Shown here: positions 28,108-37,308 of the stretch, piece after piece
Position numbering within the stretch: the stretch's first letter is position 1
How the letters are laid out: the number at the start of each line of letters is the position of its first letter
Source: Hymenobacteraceae bacterium
GTDB taxonomy: Bacteria > Bacteroidota > Bacteroidia > Cytophagales > Hymenobacteraceae
Length of the DNA stretch: 59,335 nt
Assembly: GCA_033838975.1 (NCBI GenBank)
Contig: JAJLKL010000261.1
Span: 1 to 59,335 of the forward strand
Reading direction: 5' to 3'
The notes under the pieces: model-generated
Told to the model about the DNA's origin: nothing
Databases searched by the model: none
What the model saw: only the letters and a program-made list of their open reading frames with translations
Translations under genes and position numbers: made by a program

Positions 28108-28430
28108 GCGGTAGTGTGTTGCTCTTGTTGTAGTATGAGGGAACAGGCAAAAGTAATGTTTTGTTGTGTACGCCGCAGCTGTGCACCGGCACCCAAAATA
28201 TAAACGTACCTGAGGCGTTATGCAGAAGGTTTGTGGCACGGGCATTGTACTTAAAGCATTTGAAGGGGGTAAGCGCGTAAGTATCAGCTGCTAATAATTT
28301 ATTCGTAAAGCTTTTACTTATCGAAAAGTAGAACTACCTTTGTGCCCCTAAAATCAGGAAATAGGCGTAAGTCCCTGATTCTAAAGAAGAGAAAGTTAAC
28401 TGATTATTAATTTTATAAAAATCTAAGAAA

Positions 28431-28736
28431 GTGACTAAAGCAGAAGTAATATCAGAGATTGCTGATAAAACAGGGATTGATAAGGCGGATGTTCAGGCTA
28501 CAATTGAGGCTTTTTTCAAGGTAGTTAAAGACTCTATGGCTGACGGAAACAACATCTATGTGAGAGGTTTTGGTAGCTTTGTGAACAAGAAACGCGCTAA
28601 GAAAGTGGCCCGTAACATCTCTAAGAACACGTCTATCATCATCGACGAGCACTTTATCCCAAGCTTCAAGCCGTCTAAGACCTTCATTCAGAAGATCAAG
28701 AACAGCAAAAAAATCAAAGAGTTAGCACATTCTTAA
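28431..28736 (+). CDS. hup: HU/IHF family DNA-binding protein
   Basis: MTKAEVI, RGFGSF, ARN, PSFKP motifs; GTG start; -7 box TACCTTTG at 28335-28342. Confidence 0.93.
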   Translation: MTKAEVISEIADKTGIDKADVQATIEAFFKVVKDSMADGNNIYVRGFGSFVNKKRAKKVARNISKNTSIIIDEHFIPSFKPSKTFIQKIKNSKKIKELAHS

Positions 28737-28798
28737 TTTTTTGTATCTTTGCTGAACTATTTGTTATAGTTTCATAAACAATCACTTAAGCAGGAAGA

Positions 28799-29665
28799 AT
28801 GTCACGGTCTCAAATACTGATAGTTGTCGCAGCCATCGCCTTGGTGGCCGCTATGTTCTTTTTGCCTAAGGTGGTTGTGAATGACGATGACAAAGACGCC
28901 ATTGCCAAAGGTGAAACAACAGCTGCCATTCCGGAGGGCCACTCTGAGGATGATGGCCATGACCACGGTGCCCCGGCCGGTGCTCCGGCAGATGTGCACA
29001 TGACGGCAACGCCAGAGCAAATGATGGAGCTGTCTACAGCCCGTGCCAAGTACAACAAAGCCACGGATGCCCAGTCGCGTACGCGCTTGGCGCCTGAGCT
29101 TGCCGCTGCCTATGCTACAGCCCACAAGTATGACAGTGCTGGTTATTACTACGAGGTAGCTGCCAATGCCCGCGGTGGCGAGAAGAGCTACAAGAAAGCC
29201 GGTGACGCGTACTATGAAGCCTTCACATTCGCAGCTACGCAGGAGCGTGCCAACGAGCTTGGCTCAAAGGCCCGTGCGATGTATGAGCAGGTGCTGAAGA
29301 ACAATCCGTCGGACCTGGATGCTAAAACTAACGTGGCAATGACGTATATTGCCAGCACAAACCCGATGCAGGGTATAACGTTGCTGCGGGAGGTGATCGC
29401 TTCTGACCCTAACAACCAGAAGGCGCTTTTCAACCTTGGCATCCTGTCCATCCAGTCTAACCAGTACGATAAAGCGGTGGAGCGTTTCGAGAAACTGATT
29501 TCGGTTAATCCGGAGCACGTGGAAGGAACCTTCTATTTAGCCGTGTCGTTGGCTGAGACGGGGCAGAATGAAAGGGCAAAGGCGTTGTTCAATAAGGTAA
29601 AGGAAATGAGCAGCGACCCAGCGCTGGCGGCATCTGTTGATGAATATTTGGCAAGATTAAATTAG
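28799..29665 (+). CDS. Membrane-anchored TPR protein with His-rich linker
   Basis: N-terminal TM segment, PEGHSEDDGHDHG linker, several TPR repeats. Confidence 0.88.
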   Translation: MSRSQILIVVAAIALVAAMFFLPKVVVNDDDKDAIAKGETTAAIPEGHSEDDGHDHGAPAGAPADVHMTATPEQMMELSTARAKYNKATDAQSRTRLAPELAAAYATAHKYDSAGYYYEVAANARGGEKSYKKAGDAYYEAFTFAATQERANELGSKARAMYEQVLKNNPSDLDAKTNVAMTYIASTNPMQGITLLREVIASDPNNQKALFNLGILSIQSNQYDKAVERFEKLISVNPEHVEGTFYLAVSLAETGQNERAKALFNKVKEMSSDPALAASVDEYLARLN

Positions 29666-29699
29666 AAAAGAAATTATCACATTATAAAACACCAAGACT

Positions 29700-29789
29700 A
29701 TGCCTTGCGGAAAGAAAAGAAAAAGACATAAGATCGCTACGCACAAGAGAAAGAAGCGCCTAAGAAAGAACAGACATAAGAAGAAGTAA
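29700..29789 (+). CDS. Small basic 30S ribosomal protein bS22 (AURKAIP1/mS38-like), not in the ORF track
   Basis: Read directly: MPCGKKRKRHKIATHKRKKRLRKNRHKKK*; A-rich upstream region, hairpin downstream. Confidence 0.88.
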   Translation: MPCGKKRKRHKIATHKRKKRLRKNRHKKK

Positions 29790-29807
29790 TTTCTTCTGTG
29801 CAAATTA

Positions 29808-29837
29808 GGGCCCACTTTGCAATGCAAAAGTGGGCTT
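29808..29837 (+). terminator. Hairpin between bS22 and rne/rng (weak terminator or stabiliser)
   Basis: GCCCACTTTGC-AAT-GCAAAAGTGGGC followed by only TTT. Confidence 0.55.
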
Positions 29838-29874
29838 TGGTCTATACATCCTAACATAACCATTTGAGAAGAAA

Positions 29875-31473
29875 TTGAGCAATGAACTAATCATCAATTC
29901 TACTCAAGATGGGGATCGTATCGCACTCTTACAGGATAAGAGACTAGTAGAGTACCACTTCGAGCGTAAGGACACAAACTACATCGTTGGGGATATTTTT
30001 CTGGGCACTGTAAAGAAGGTGATGCCAGGCCTGAATGCCGCTTTTATTGATATTGGTTACCAGAAGGATGCTTTCCTGCATTACCATGATCTGGGGGCTA
30101 ACATCAAAACGCTGAACAAGTATGTGAAGGCGGCACAAACACAGAAGAACGCTTCTCCAAAACTCAACCAGTTAAAATTCGAGCCTGAGATAGACAAGCT
30201 CGGAAAAATAGCTGATGTCCTGAAAAAAGGGCAGCAGGTATTAGTCCAGATTGTAAAAGAACCTATTTCTACAAAAGGCCCGCGTCTTTCCTGCGAAATC
30301 TCCCTTGCGGGACGATACCTGGTGCTGGTGCCGTTCTCCAACACGGTAAGCGTATCCAAGAAGATCGTCAGCAAAGAGGAGCGCACGCGCCTGAAACGCT
30401 TGATCACCTCGATCAAGCCAGAGAACTTCGGCGTGATTATCAGGACAGTGGCTGAAGGGCGTGATGTGGCAGAACTCGACAGAGACCTGCGCAACATGCT
30501 TGAGAACTGGGAAGAGGGTTTTAAAACACTTAGAATAGCGAAACCATGTGACAAAGTCATAGGAGAGCTAAATCGTTCTTCTTCCATCTTGAGGGATTTG
30601 TTAAACGAGAGTTTTGACAACATAATAGTGGACGATGTCCAACTATATGATGAGATCAAAACATATGTCGGCAGTATAGCTCCAGATAAACAAAAGATTC
30701 TGAAGCACTACACCGGCAAAACCAAGACCTTTGAACACTTCCACATTGAGAAACAGCTAAAAGCTGCATTCGGTAAAACAGTGACCATACCAGGAGGCGG
30801 ATACCTGGTGATAGAGCACACCGAGGCGCTGCATGTGATCGATGTGAACAGTGGGAATAAATCAAATACCGAGACCGATCAGGAGGCAACCGCGCTGAAC
30901 GTGAACATGATGGCTGCCAGAGAGGTAGCCAGACAGCTTCGCCTCCGGGATATAGGTGGTATCATAGTAATAGACTTCATCGATATGAAGTCGCCGGAAA
31001 ACCGCCAGAAAGTTTTTGAGGTTGTTAAAGAGGAACTGAAGAGAGACCGATCTAAATCAACAGTCCTGCCGATCTCAAAATTTGGCCTGATGCAGATCAC
31101 ACGTCAGCGTGTAAGGCCAGAGCAGAACATTGTAACCGGAGAAGTTTGCCCTACTTGTAACGGCACCGGTAAAATAACGGCCAGTATACTGGTCACAGAC
31201 GAAATTGATGCAGCGGTAGACGACCTGCTGACGAGCCATAACCATAAGAGTCTTACAGTTTACCTACACCCTTTCGTGCATGCCTTCTATACCAAGGGGC
31301 TGTTCTCAAGGCAGGTAAAGTGGTTCTTTAAGTACTTTAAATGGGTAAGGCTGGTTAAAGATACCTCGCTAGGCATTACGGATTTTAAAGTGATGGACGA
31401 TCGGGGCGAGGAAATAGAATTACGCACTGCCTTTACACCTGTAGATGGCATCGCCGATAAAGAAGACGAATAA
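29875..31473 (+). CDS. Rne/Rng family ribonuclease (RNase G-like)
   Basis: S1 domain (AAFIDIG), KEPISTKGPRL, EHTEALHVIDVNSG, QLRLRDIGGIIVIDFIDM, CPTCNGTG Zn link; TTG start. Confidence 0.95.
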   Translation: MSNELIINSTQDGDRIALLQDKRLVEYHFERKDTNYIVGDIFLGTVKKVMPGLNAAFIDIGYQKDAFLHYHDLGANIKTLNKYVKAAQTQKNASPKLNQLKFEPEIDKLGKIADVLKKGQQVLVQIVKEPISTKGPRLSCEISLAGRYLVLVPFSNTVSVSKKIVSKEERTRLKRLITSIKPENFGVIIRTVAEGRDVAELDRDLRNMLENWEEGFKTLRIAKPCDKVIGELNRSSSILRDLLNESFDNIIVDDVQLYDEIKTYVGSIAPDKQKILKHYTGKTKTFEHFHIEKQLKAAFGKTVTIPGGGYLVIEHTEALHVIDVNSGNKSNTETDQEATALNVNMMAAREVARQLRLRDIGGIIVIDFIDMKSPENRQKVFEVVKEELKRDRSKSTVLPISKFGLMQITRQRVRPEQNIVTGEVCPTCNGTGKITASILVTDEIDAAVDDLLTSHNHKSLTVYLHPFVHAFYTKGLFSRQVKWFFKYFKWVRLVKDTSLGITDFKVMDDRGEEIELRTAFTPVDGIADKEDE

Positions 31474-31489
31474 ATATATTATCGTAATG

Positions 31490-31526
31490 AAAAAGCCGCT
31501 GTCGTGCCTCGACAGCGGCTTTTTTT
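31490..31526. terminator. Bidirectional terminator
   Basis: AAAAAGCCGCTGTCG-loop-CGACAGCGGCTTTTTTT. Confidence 0.9.
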
Positions 31527-31542
31527 ATGGGGTATAGTCTGT

Positions 31543-32208
31543 CTAGAACTTAACGCCAAAGTCAAGGGAAACACTGCTGTTCTTCACGGCGATGTTCTTG
31601 TCGCCAAACTTGTCGCGGTAGTAGTCGTCGATATTAGAAAGGCCACGGTGGTACGTGAGGCCGGCGAAAAGCTTGGTGCTTTGCCCCATCTGAAACTCGG
31701 CGCCACCCCCTAAAAGCGCATCAGCCTCGAAAATGCTGAAGCGCTTGGAGGCCTTCACACCATCGATCACCTTCATGTCGTTTACCTGTGCAGCCACCTT
31801 GGTATTCAGGGAGCCGCCAACCTGGAAGTACACGATAGTGCCCGGCGCTACCTCGTTGGTAAAAAGCTTGAGCGACAGAGGCAACTCAATGTACTGAAGC
31901 GAAATATCATCCTTGCCGGAGGTAACGGAACCGTCGGTCTGTCTGAAACTGTAGCTAATCTCGCTACCCTTACTGCGGTACATCAGCCCTGTACTGAAGG
32001 CATAGTTCTGAGCAAAGAAGTAGTCGGCTACCACGCCTACCCCTAGCCGCAGGTTATTGCTCTCTTTCTCAAAGTTATACTTGCTCTCAGCTACAAAGCG
32101 ATTACCGGCAATAGTCGGCGATACTTGTAGTCCAATCTCAACCTGTGCCATGGTGGTGAAGCTGGCACATAAAAACAGCATTAAAAGTGTAAGTTTCTTC
32201 ATTAACAT
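31543..32208 (-). CDS. PorT-like outer membrane beta-barrel (porin family) protein
   Basis: Signal peptide, LQYIELPLSLK motif, alternating beta strands, C-terminal Phe (GVKF). Confidence 0.85.
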   Translation of the reverse strand: MLMKKLTLLMLFLCASFTTMAQVEIGLQVSPTIAGNRFVAESKYNFEKESNNLRLGVGVVADYFFAQNYAFSTGLMYRSKGSEISYSFRQTDGSVTSGKDDISLQYIELPLSLKLFTNEVAPGTIVYFQVGGSLNTKVAAQVNDMKVIDGVKASKRFSIFEADALLGGGAEFQMGQSTKLFAGLTYHRGLSNIDDYYRDKFGDKNIAVKNSSVSLDFGVKF

Positions 32209-32253
32209 AATAATATAGAAGCGTTAGTGTTACCCTAATACGAATGAACACAC

Positions 32254-32271
32254 TATTTTTGTACAAAGATA
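32254..32271. promoter_or_regulatory. Overlapping divergent -7 promoter elements (gldB / beta-barrel gene)
   Basis: TATTTTTG on + (32254-32261) and TATCTTTG on - (32264-32271). Confidence 0.55.
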
Positions 32272-32278
32272 AGCGATA

Positions 32279-33283
32279 ATGTATTACAGAATTTTAATAC
32301 TCGCCATCTTGTTGTTCACTTTGGGTTGTGGCGACAAGGGCTGCGAGTTGCCGAAGGAAATAGCAAGTATACCTGTGGAGGTAGAGATCGAACGGCTAGA
32401 GAAGCCATTCTATGAGGCTGGTTCCAGACAGGAGTTGGCTGAAGTGTTGCAACGCAACCCTCTTTTTACCCAAAACTACCTGCAACTGGAGCAGCTTTCT
32501 ACTGACGACGCGCAGCTGGGCTCGCTGTATGAGCTGTCCGCAAACCCCTCGCTGGACACGCTGGCACAGGAGGCCATGCAGAAGTTTGCCGACATGAGCC
32601 AGGAGAAAGAGCAGCTGGAGACAGCTTTCAAGGTGCTCAAATACCATTACCCGGAGTATCAGGTGCCACAGGTGAAAACGTTTGTCACAGGACTGGGTAC
32701 CCTCGGGAATGACCTCTACATCTCCGATAGCTTACTGGTGTTCGGGATTGACTACTTTATCGGCAAAGGTGCTACTTACCGGCCACAGGCCTACGAGTAT
32801 ATTCTGAGTCGCTATGAGCGTGATAAAATGGTTACGGCAGCCATGCTGTTGCTCTCCAACAAGTTTAACCGCACCAACACGGCAGAGAGAACTCTATTGG
32901 CTGAAATGATCAGTATGGGAAAGGCTTATTACTTTGTGGAGCGGGTGATGCCCTGCACGCCGGATTCGCTCATCATTGGCTATACCGGACAGCAGGTAGC
33001 AGATGTGCAGCATAACGAAGGACGTATCTGGGCGCACTTTATTGAGAAGGAGCTGCTGTTTGAGAAAAGCCCCTTTATGATAAACAAGTATATCGGGGTA
33101 AGGCCCAACACACCGGAAATAGATGCCAAGGCGCCTGGGCGAATCGGAACGTGGGTGGGCTGGCAGATTGTGCGGAAGTATATGGAGCGCAATCCTGATC
33201 TAACGCTGCCGGAACTAATGGCTGAAACAGATTACCAGAAGATTTTCAACGAGTCGAGGTATAAGCCAGAAAGAAGGAAATAG
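32279..33283 (+). CDS. gldB: Gliding motility lipoprotein GldB
   Basis: Lipobox LGC, IERLE, GIDYFIG, TLL..MI..GK, NEGRIW..F, PGRIG.WVGWQIVRKYM, SRYKP motifs. Confidence 0.88.
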   Translation: MYYRILILAILLFTLGCGDKGCELPKEIASIPVEVEIERLEKPFYEAGSRQELAEVLQRNPLFTQNYLQLEQLSTDDAQLGSLYELSANPSLDTLAQEAMQKFADMSQEKEQLETAFKVLKYHYPEYQVPQVKTFVTGLGTLGNDLYISDSLLVFGIDYFIGKGATYRPQAYEYILSRYERDKMVTAAMLLLSNKFNRTNTAERTLLAEMISMGKAYYFVERVMPCTPDSLIIGYTGQQVADVQHNEGRIWAHFIEKELLFEKSPFMINKYIGVRPNTPEIDAKAPGRIGTWVGWQIVRKYMERNPDLTLPELMAETDYQKIFNESRYKPERRK

Positions 33284-33303
33284 TAAAGCCGAAGCCAGCC
33301 AGC

Positions 33304-34530
33304 ATGCACATAGCCCTACTGAACCAGCACCACAACAACCCCGACTGTCCTGCCACGTGCAGGCACTACAGCTATTTGGAGGAGCTGGCAAAGCGGCACG
33401 AGATAAGCCTGGTGGCGAGCGACGGCTGGCGCCGTACCCGGATCTCGCAGCAGTATAGCTGGGTGCCGGAAGGGGTAACGCTGCATGAGTGCAAGGTGCC
33501 CTATGCCAACAACATGGGGGTGGCACAGCGGCTGGTAGCCTTTGCGGGTTTTGCGGCCTGCGCCTTCCGGAAGGCCATGCTGCTCCGCAAACCGGATGTG
33601 ATCTGGGCCGCCTCTACGCCTCTTTCAACGCCATGGGTGGCTGCGCAGGTGGCAAGGCTGCGGGGAGTGCCGTGGGTGTTTGAGGTGCAGGATCTGTGGC
33701 CCAGCTTCCCTGTAGAGATGGGAGCTGTGAAGAGCAAGTGGCTGCAGCGCCTGCTCTACCGCCAGGAAAAGCGCCTGTACCACAGCGCCAGCCACATTAT
33801 CACGCTCTCCCCTGACATGACAACGTACGTGAGGGGCCTGGGCATACCCAGTGAGAAAATAACCACAAACTATAACGGTACCGACCTGGGGCTGGTAGAG
33901 GGGGCAACTGAGCAGGAGGTTGAAGCGCTGCGGCAAAAGTATGACCTTTACGGAAAGCAGGTAGTGCTTTATGCCGGAACCTATGGCCGTGCAAATGACA
34001 TCACCACCTTAATGCAGGCGGTAGAGCTGCTGGCAAATGAACAGAACATAAAGTTTATATTCGCGGGACATGGCTTTTACGAACCACAGCTGCAGGAGTT
34101 AGCTAAAACGTTTCCCAACCTGCTGCTGCTGCCTCCGCAGTCAAGGATTGAGATCTTCAAGCTGTTCAAGCTCGCCCATCTCTCCTTGGTCACCTTTAAC
34201 AACCTGCCCGTACTGGCATCCAACTCCCCGGCAAAATTCTACGACAGCCTTGCCTGCAGCACCCCTGTGCTCGTGACTAACCCAGGCTGGACGAAAGAAT
34301 TCGTGGAAAAGTATGGCTGTGGCTGGTACACGCCTGCCGGACAACCGGCTGACCTGGCAAAAACCTTAAAAGAGCTGTTAGCTCAGCCAGAAAAACTGAA
34401 AGACGCCGGAAGAAGAGGGGTAACTGTAGCCAAAGCTAGGTTCGACAGGAAACAGTTAGTAAATCAGGTAGAGGAAATACTGACACAAGCAAAAGCTATC
34501 GGTAGGAAGGGTAAAAAAAAGGATAAATAG
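33304..34530 (+). CDS. Glycosyltransferase family 4 (WbuB-like)
   Basis: FEVQDLWP, YAGTYGRAN, PAKFYDSLAC.TPV motifs. Confidence 0.9.
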   Translation: MHIALLNQHHNNPDCPATCRHYSYLEELAKRHEISLVASDGWRRTRISQQYSWVPEGVTLHECKVPYANNMGVAQRLVAFAGFAACAFRKAMLLRKPDVIWAASTPLSTPWVAAQVARLRGVPWVFEVQDLWPSFPVEMGAVKSKWLQRLLYRQEKRLYHSASHIITLSPDMTTYVRGLGIPSEKITTNYNGTDLGLVEGATEQEVEALRQKYDLYGKQVVLYAGTYGRANDITTLMQAVELLANEQNIKFIFAGHGFYEPQLQELAKTFPNLLLLPPQSRIEIFKLFKLAHLSLVTFNNLPVLASNSPAKFYDSLACSTPVLVTNPGWTKEFVEKYGCGWYTPAGQPADLAKTLKELLAQPEKLKDAGRRGVTVAKARFDRKQLVNQVEEILTQAKAIGRKGKKKDK

Positions 34531-34640
34531 CTATCTTAGAAGGAGGTAAACACAGTGCTTTGTCTGGTAAACTAGCCACTAAGGCCGAGGCTTAGCAGTT
34601 TGCAAGCTGTGTAACCGGGACCTGCTTTGAGCTATACTCT

Positions 34641-35531
34641 ATGAATGCATTAAAAAAGGGACACTGGTTGATAGAAAAAGGGAAAGAGTTCTTACTTATT
34701 GCGCTACTCGTGCTCCTGATAGTGCACCTCATCTCGCCGAAGAATTTCCCATTTCAACCAAACTATACCTTTCCGCTTCGAGACTTTCTAGTGAACTTCA
34801 CCGGCACCTATCTGCTTTGGCAGATCCTAGGCTGGAATTACACAAGGTACTATAAACCCGCTGTTATCAAGGGTAATTTCTCTGGAGCACTCATTGTGAA
34901 AACAGTGATGGTAAGTGTGGCTATAGCGTTTGTTTTCTATGTAGCTTATGTACCGTTGGTGCTGGCATTTGTCTATAATCAGCCGCTGCGTCTGTATAAC
35001 ATGGTATTAGGCGTGTCTGTCTCTATGTCTTCTGTGGGGCTGATCATTCTCATTTACCTTGGCACAGACCTATACCGACTATGGAAGCAGGTGCAGAGTA
35101 CTCCAGCCGCAACGGAAGATGCAGAACTGATGGCTCCTTCTTTGGAAGATCAGGCTGGGGCAGTAACTGGAAGTGCCCCCCTGCTGCAGCAGATTGTCAT
35201 TCATACAGGCAGGGAAACGTTGCAGTTGCCGTTACAGCAGATAGGTTACTTTGTTTCCAGGCACAAGATGGTGTTTGCCATGCTGCATTCAGGTAAGAGA
35301 CTAACCACTCACTTTATACTTTCTGAGCTAGAGAAGGTACTACCGCAGGGTGAATTTTTTAGAGTCTCCCGCCAGGTAATTGTCAGTAAGCCTGCTGTTC
35401 TTTCAGTAAAGAAAGACACGAATAATAAGCTTCTGTTGCAGATAGCTGTAAACGGGCAGGAGCCGGAAGAGGTAGTGATCAGCAGGTATAAGGCCGCAGA
35501 GTTTAAAAAGTGGTTTTCCCCGGAAGATTAA
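34641..35531 (+). CDS. Membrane-bound LytTR family DNA-binding regulator without a receiver domain
   Basis: About 4 N-terminal TM helices; C-terminal LSELEKVLP..FFRVSRQVIV...VISRYK LytTR domain. Confidence 0.88.
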   Translation: MNALKKGHWLIEKGKEFLLIALLVLLIVHLISPKNFPFQPNYTFPLRDFLVNFTGTYLLWQILGWNYTRYYKPAVIKGNFSGALIVKTVMVSVAIAFVFYVAYVPLVLAFVYNQPLRLYNMVLGVSVSMSSVGLIILIYLGTDLYRLWKQVQSTPAATEDAELMAPSLEDQAGAVTGSAPLLQQIVIHTGRETLQLPLQQIGYFVSRHKMVFAMLHSGKRLTTHFILSELEKVLPQGEFFRVSRQVIVSKPAVLSVKKDTNNKLLLQIAVNGQEPEEVVISRYKAAEFKKWFSPED

Positions 35532-35536
35532 GGGCT

Positions 35537-35568
35537 TACCATTCAGGCAGAAATCCACTACCACTCAG
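35537..35568 (+). promoter_or_regulatory. Putative LytTR binding direct repeat
   Basis: TACCATTCAG-N12-TACCACTCAG (22-bp period) upstream of the CPBP gene. Confidence 0.65.
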
Positions 35569-35655
35569 TTTCAACGGCAGCAAAAAGCTTTACCAAGCCC
35601 ATTTTCAGGCGTTCATTTGTAGCATAAGGTTTCACCAAACAAAATCAATGCTGTT

Positions 35656-36321
35656 ATGAACACTGTACAAAATCTCGAAATCCCATTACGCAAACTGTCT
35701 CATGTTGTAGGGTTATGCTTAGCACTAGTGCTGCCTGCCGGACTATTAACTCTTGCTTCGCTTGGTTGGCTAGACAATATTACCTTTGAGATTGCCTTCT
35801 GGAGTATTGCTCTCATTCTTGTCTTATATACGCTGCTGGTGGAACAGCTACCTTTAAGCTCTCTCGGCTTCGGCACATTTTGCTACAAAGATGTACTGTG
35901 GGGCGTAGCGCTAGGGCTCTTGCTCTTACTGGTGTTTCCCATCGCGTCTGTTATTGTAAAGCTGATCGGCTTTGAAGTATCGCAGGAAAACGCTAAAGCG
36001 CTGGCAGGGATGCCCACTTATGCATTGTTCTTGCTGGCACTAAGAGCGGCCGTAACTGAGGAGATTATTTACAGGGCTTACCCTGTAGAGCGACTAATTG
36101 CCTTAACGGGCAGCAAAGTACTTGCTGCGGGAGTGCCTATAACTGTTTTTATCATCTCTCACTTTAGCTGGGGCATGGGGCACTTGGTATTTGTTACCCT
36201 GGCAGGTGGCTTGTTGACGGTTTTTTACCTGTGGAAGCGCAACGTCTGGGTAAATATCATCGGCCATTTCCTTGTTGATTTTGCTGCCTTTATGCTGCTA
36301 CCTGTTCTGATGAAGGGCTAG
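35656..36321 (+). CDS. CPBP/Abi (CAAX type II) intramembrane glutamic endopeptidase
   Basis: EEIIYR, F...H and H...D motifs in a multi-TM protein. Confidence 0.9.
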   Translation: MNTVQNLEIPLRKLSHVVGLCLALVLPAGLLTLASLGWLDNITFEIAFWSIALILVLYTLLVEQLPLSSLGFGTFCYKDVLWGVALGLLLLLVFPIASVIVKLIGFEVSQENAKALAGMPTYALFLLALRAAVTEEIIYRAYPVERLIALTGSKVLAAGVPITVFIISHFSWGMGHLVFVTLAGGLLTVFYLWKRNVWVNIIGHFLVDFAAFMLLPVLMKG

Positions 36322-36332
36322 GTAGTCAAAAG

Positions 36333-36358
36333 ACAGAGCCTGCTGAGGCAGGCTCTGT
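36333..36358. terminator. Hairpin between convergent genes
   Basis: ACAGAGCCTGC-TGAG-GCAGGCTCTGT. Confidence 0.7.
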
Positions 36359-36371
36359 TAGTACTCTGTTT

Positions 36372-37058
36372 TTAAGCTGCTCCTCCCAGCTTGTTCTCCG
36401 GGTCATCCGGAATGTTAGGAAAGTTCTTCTGGAAAAACTGGCAGAAGTGGGTAAGAGGGCACTCCTCACACTTAGGCCGGCGGGCCACGCAGATGTAACG
36501 ACCGTGCAGGATCAGCCAGTGGTGTGCCTTTGAGATAAGGTCGTTAGGGATATTAGCCACCAGCTCCTTCTCTACCTCCAGCGGTGTTTTAGCGGTTTTA
36601 GCCACTAGCCCAAGGCGCTTGCTTACCCGGAACACATGCGTATCCACAGCCATGGCCGGTTGGTTCCAGATAACCGACACGATCACGTTAGCCGTTTTGC
36701 GCCCTACACCCGGCAGTTTCACCAGTTCCTCTACCGTGCTGGGTACTTCCGAACCAAACTTCTCAACCAGCATTTTCCCCAGACCGGCTAAGTGCTTGGC
36801 CTTGTTGTTCGGGTATGAGATGCTTTTAATGTAGGGGAGAACCTCTTCAGGTGTGGCTGTGGCTAAATGCTCAGGCGTGGGATAGGCCTCAAAAAGAGCG
36901 GGCGTCACCATGTTCACCCGTTTATCCGTGCATTGGGCGCTCAGCACAACCGCCAGTATCAGCTCGTAAGGGTTGGAGTAAGCGAGTTCGGTTTCAGGCT
37001 CCGGGAAATTTTGGGTAAAATACTCGATCAGGTGCCTGTAGCGTTCTTTCTTGCGCAT
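36372..37058 (-). CDS. nth: Endonuclease III
   Basis: LSAQCTD..VN, LPGVGRKTANV, VDTHVFRV, C-X6-C-X2-C-X5-C motifs; start set at MRKKERY. Confidence 0.96.
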   Translation of the reverse strand: MRKKERYRHLIEYFTQNFPEPETELAYSNPYELILAVVLSAQCTDKRVNMVTPALFEAYPTPEHLATATPEEVLPYIKSISYPNNKAKHLAGLGKMLVEKFGSEVPSTVEELVKLPGVGRKTANVIVSVIWNQPAMAVDTHVFRVSKRLGLVAKTAKTPLEVEKELVANIPNDLISKAHHWLILHGRYICVARRPKCEECPLTHFCQFFQKNFPNIPDDPENKLGGAA

Positions 37059-37077
37059 AAAAAAAGTTTGCAATCGG

Positions 37078-37308
37078 TTAGGACTGCAAACTTAAGCTTT
37101 TTGAGTAATTTAAGATGTTATCAATCGAACGTTTGCTTGGGCTTTTGACCGCTCCGTTAAGCATACGCTGGACCAGCAACAATTCGGAGCAGCCCTCGGC
37201 AAGCTCGTCATCCTGCATTAATGCCGTTTCCAGGTGTTCACGGGCATCATCTGCCAATTCATCATAAACATACTGGATCAGCTCATTCTGAGTAGAGGTT
37301 TTTATCAT
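37078..37308 (-). CDS. Small hypothetical protein resembling an anti-sigma N-terminal helical domain
   Basis: 76 aa, overlaps the ECF sigma 3' end; LIQYVYDEL...REHLE..L..D.EL pattern. Confidence 0.7.
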   Translation of the reverse strand: MIKTSTQNELIQYVYDELADDAREHLETALMQDDELAEGCSELLLVQRMLNGAVKSPSKRSIDNILNYSKSLSLQS

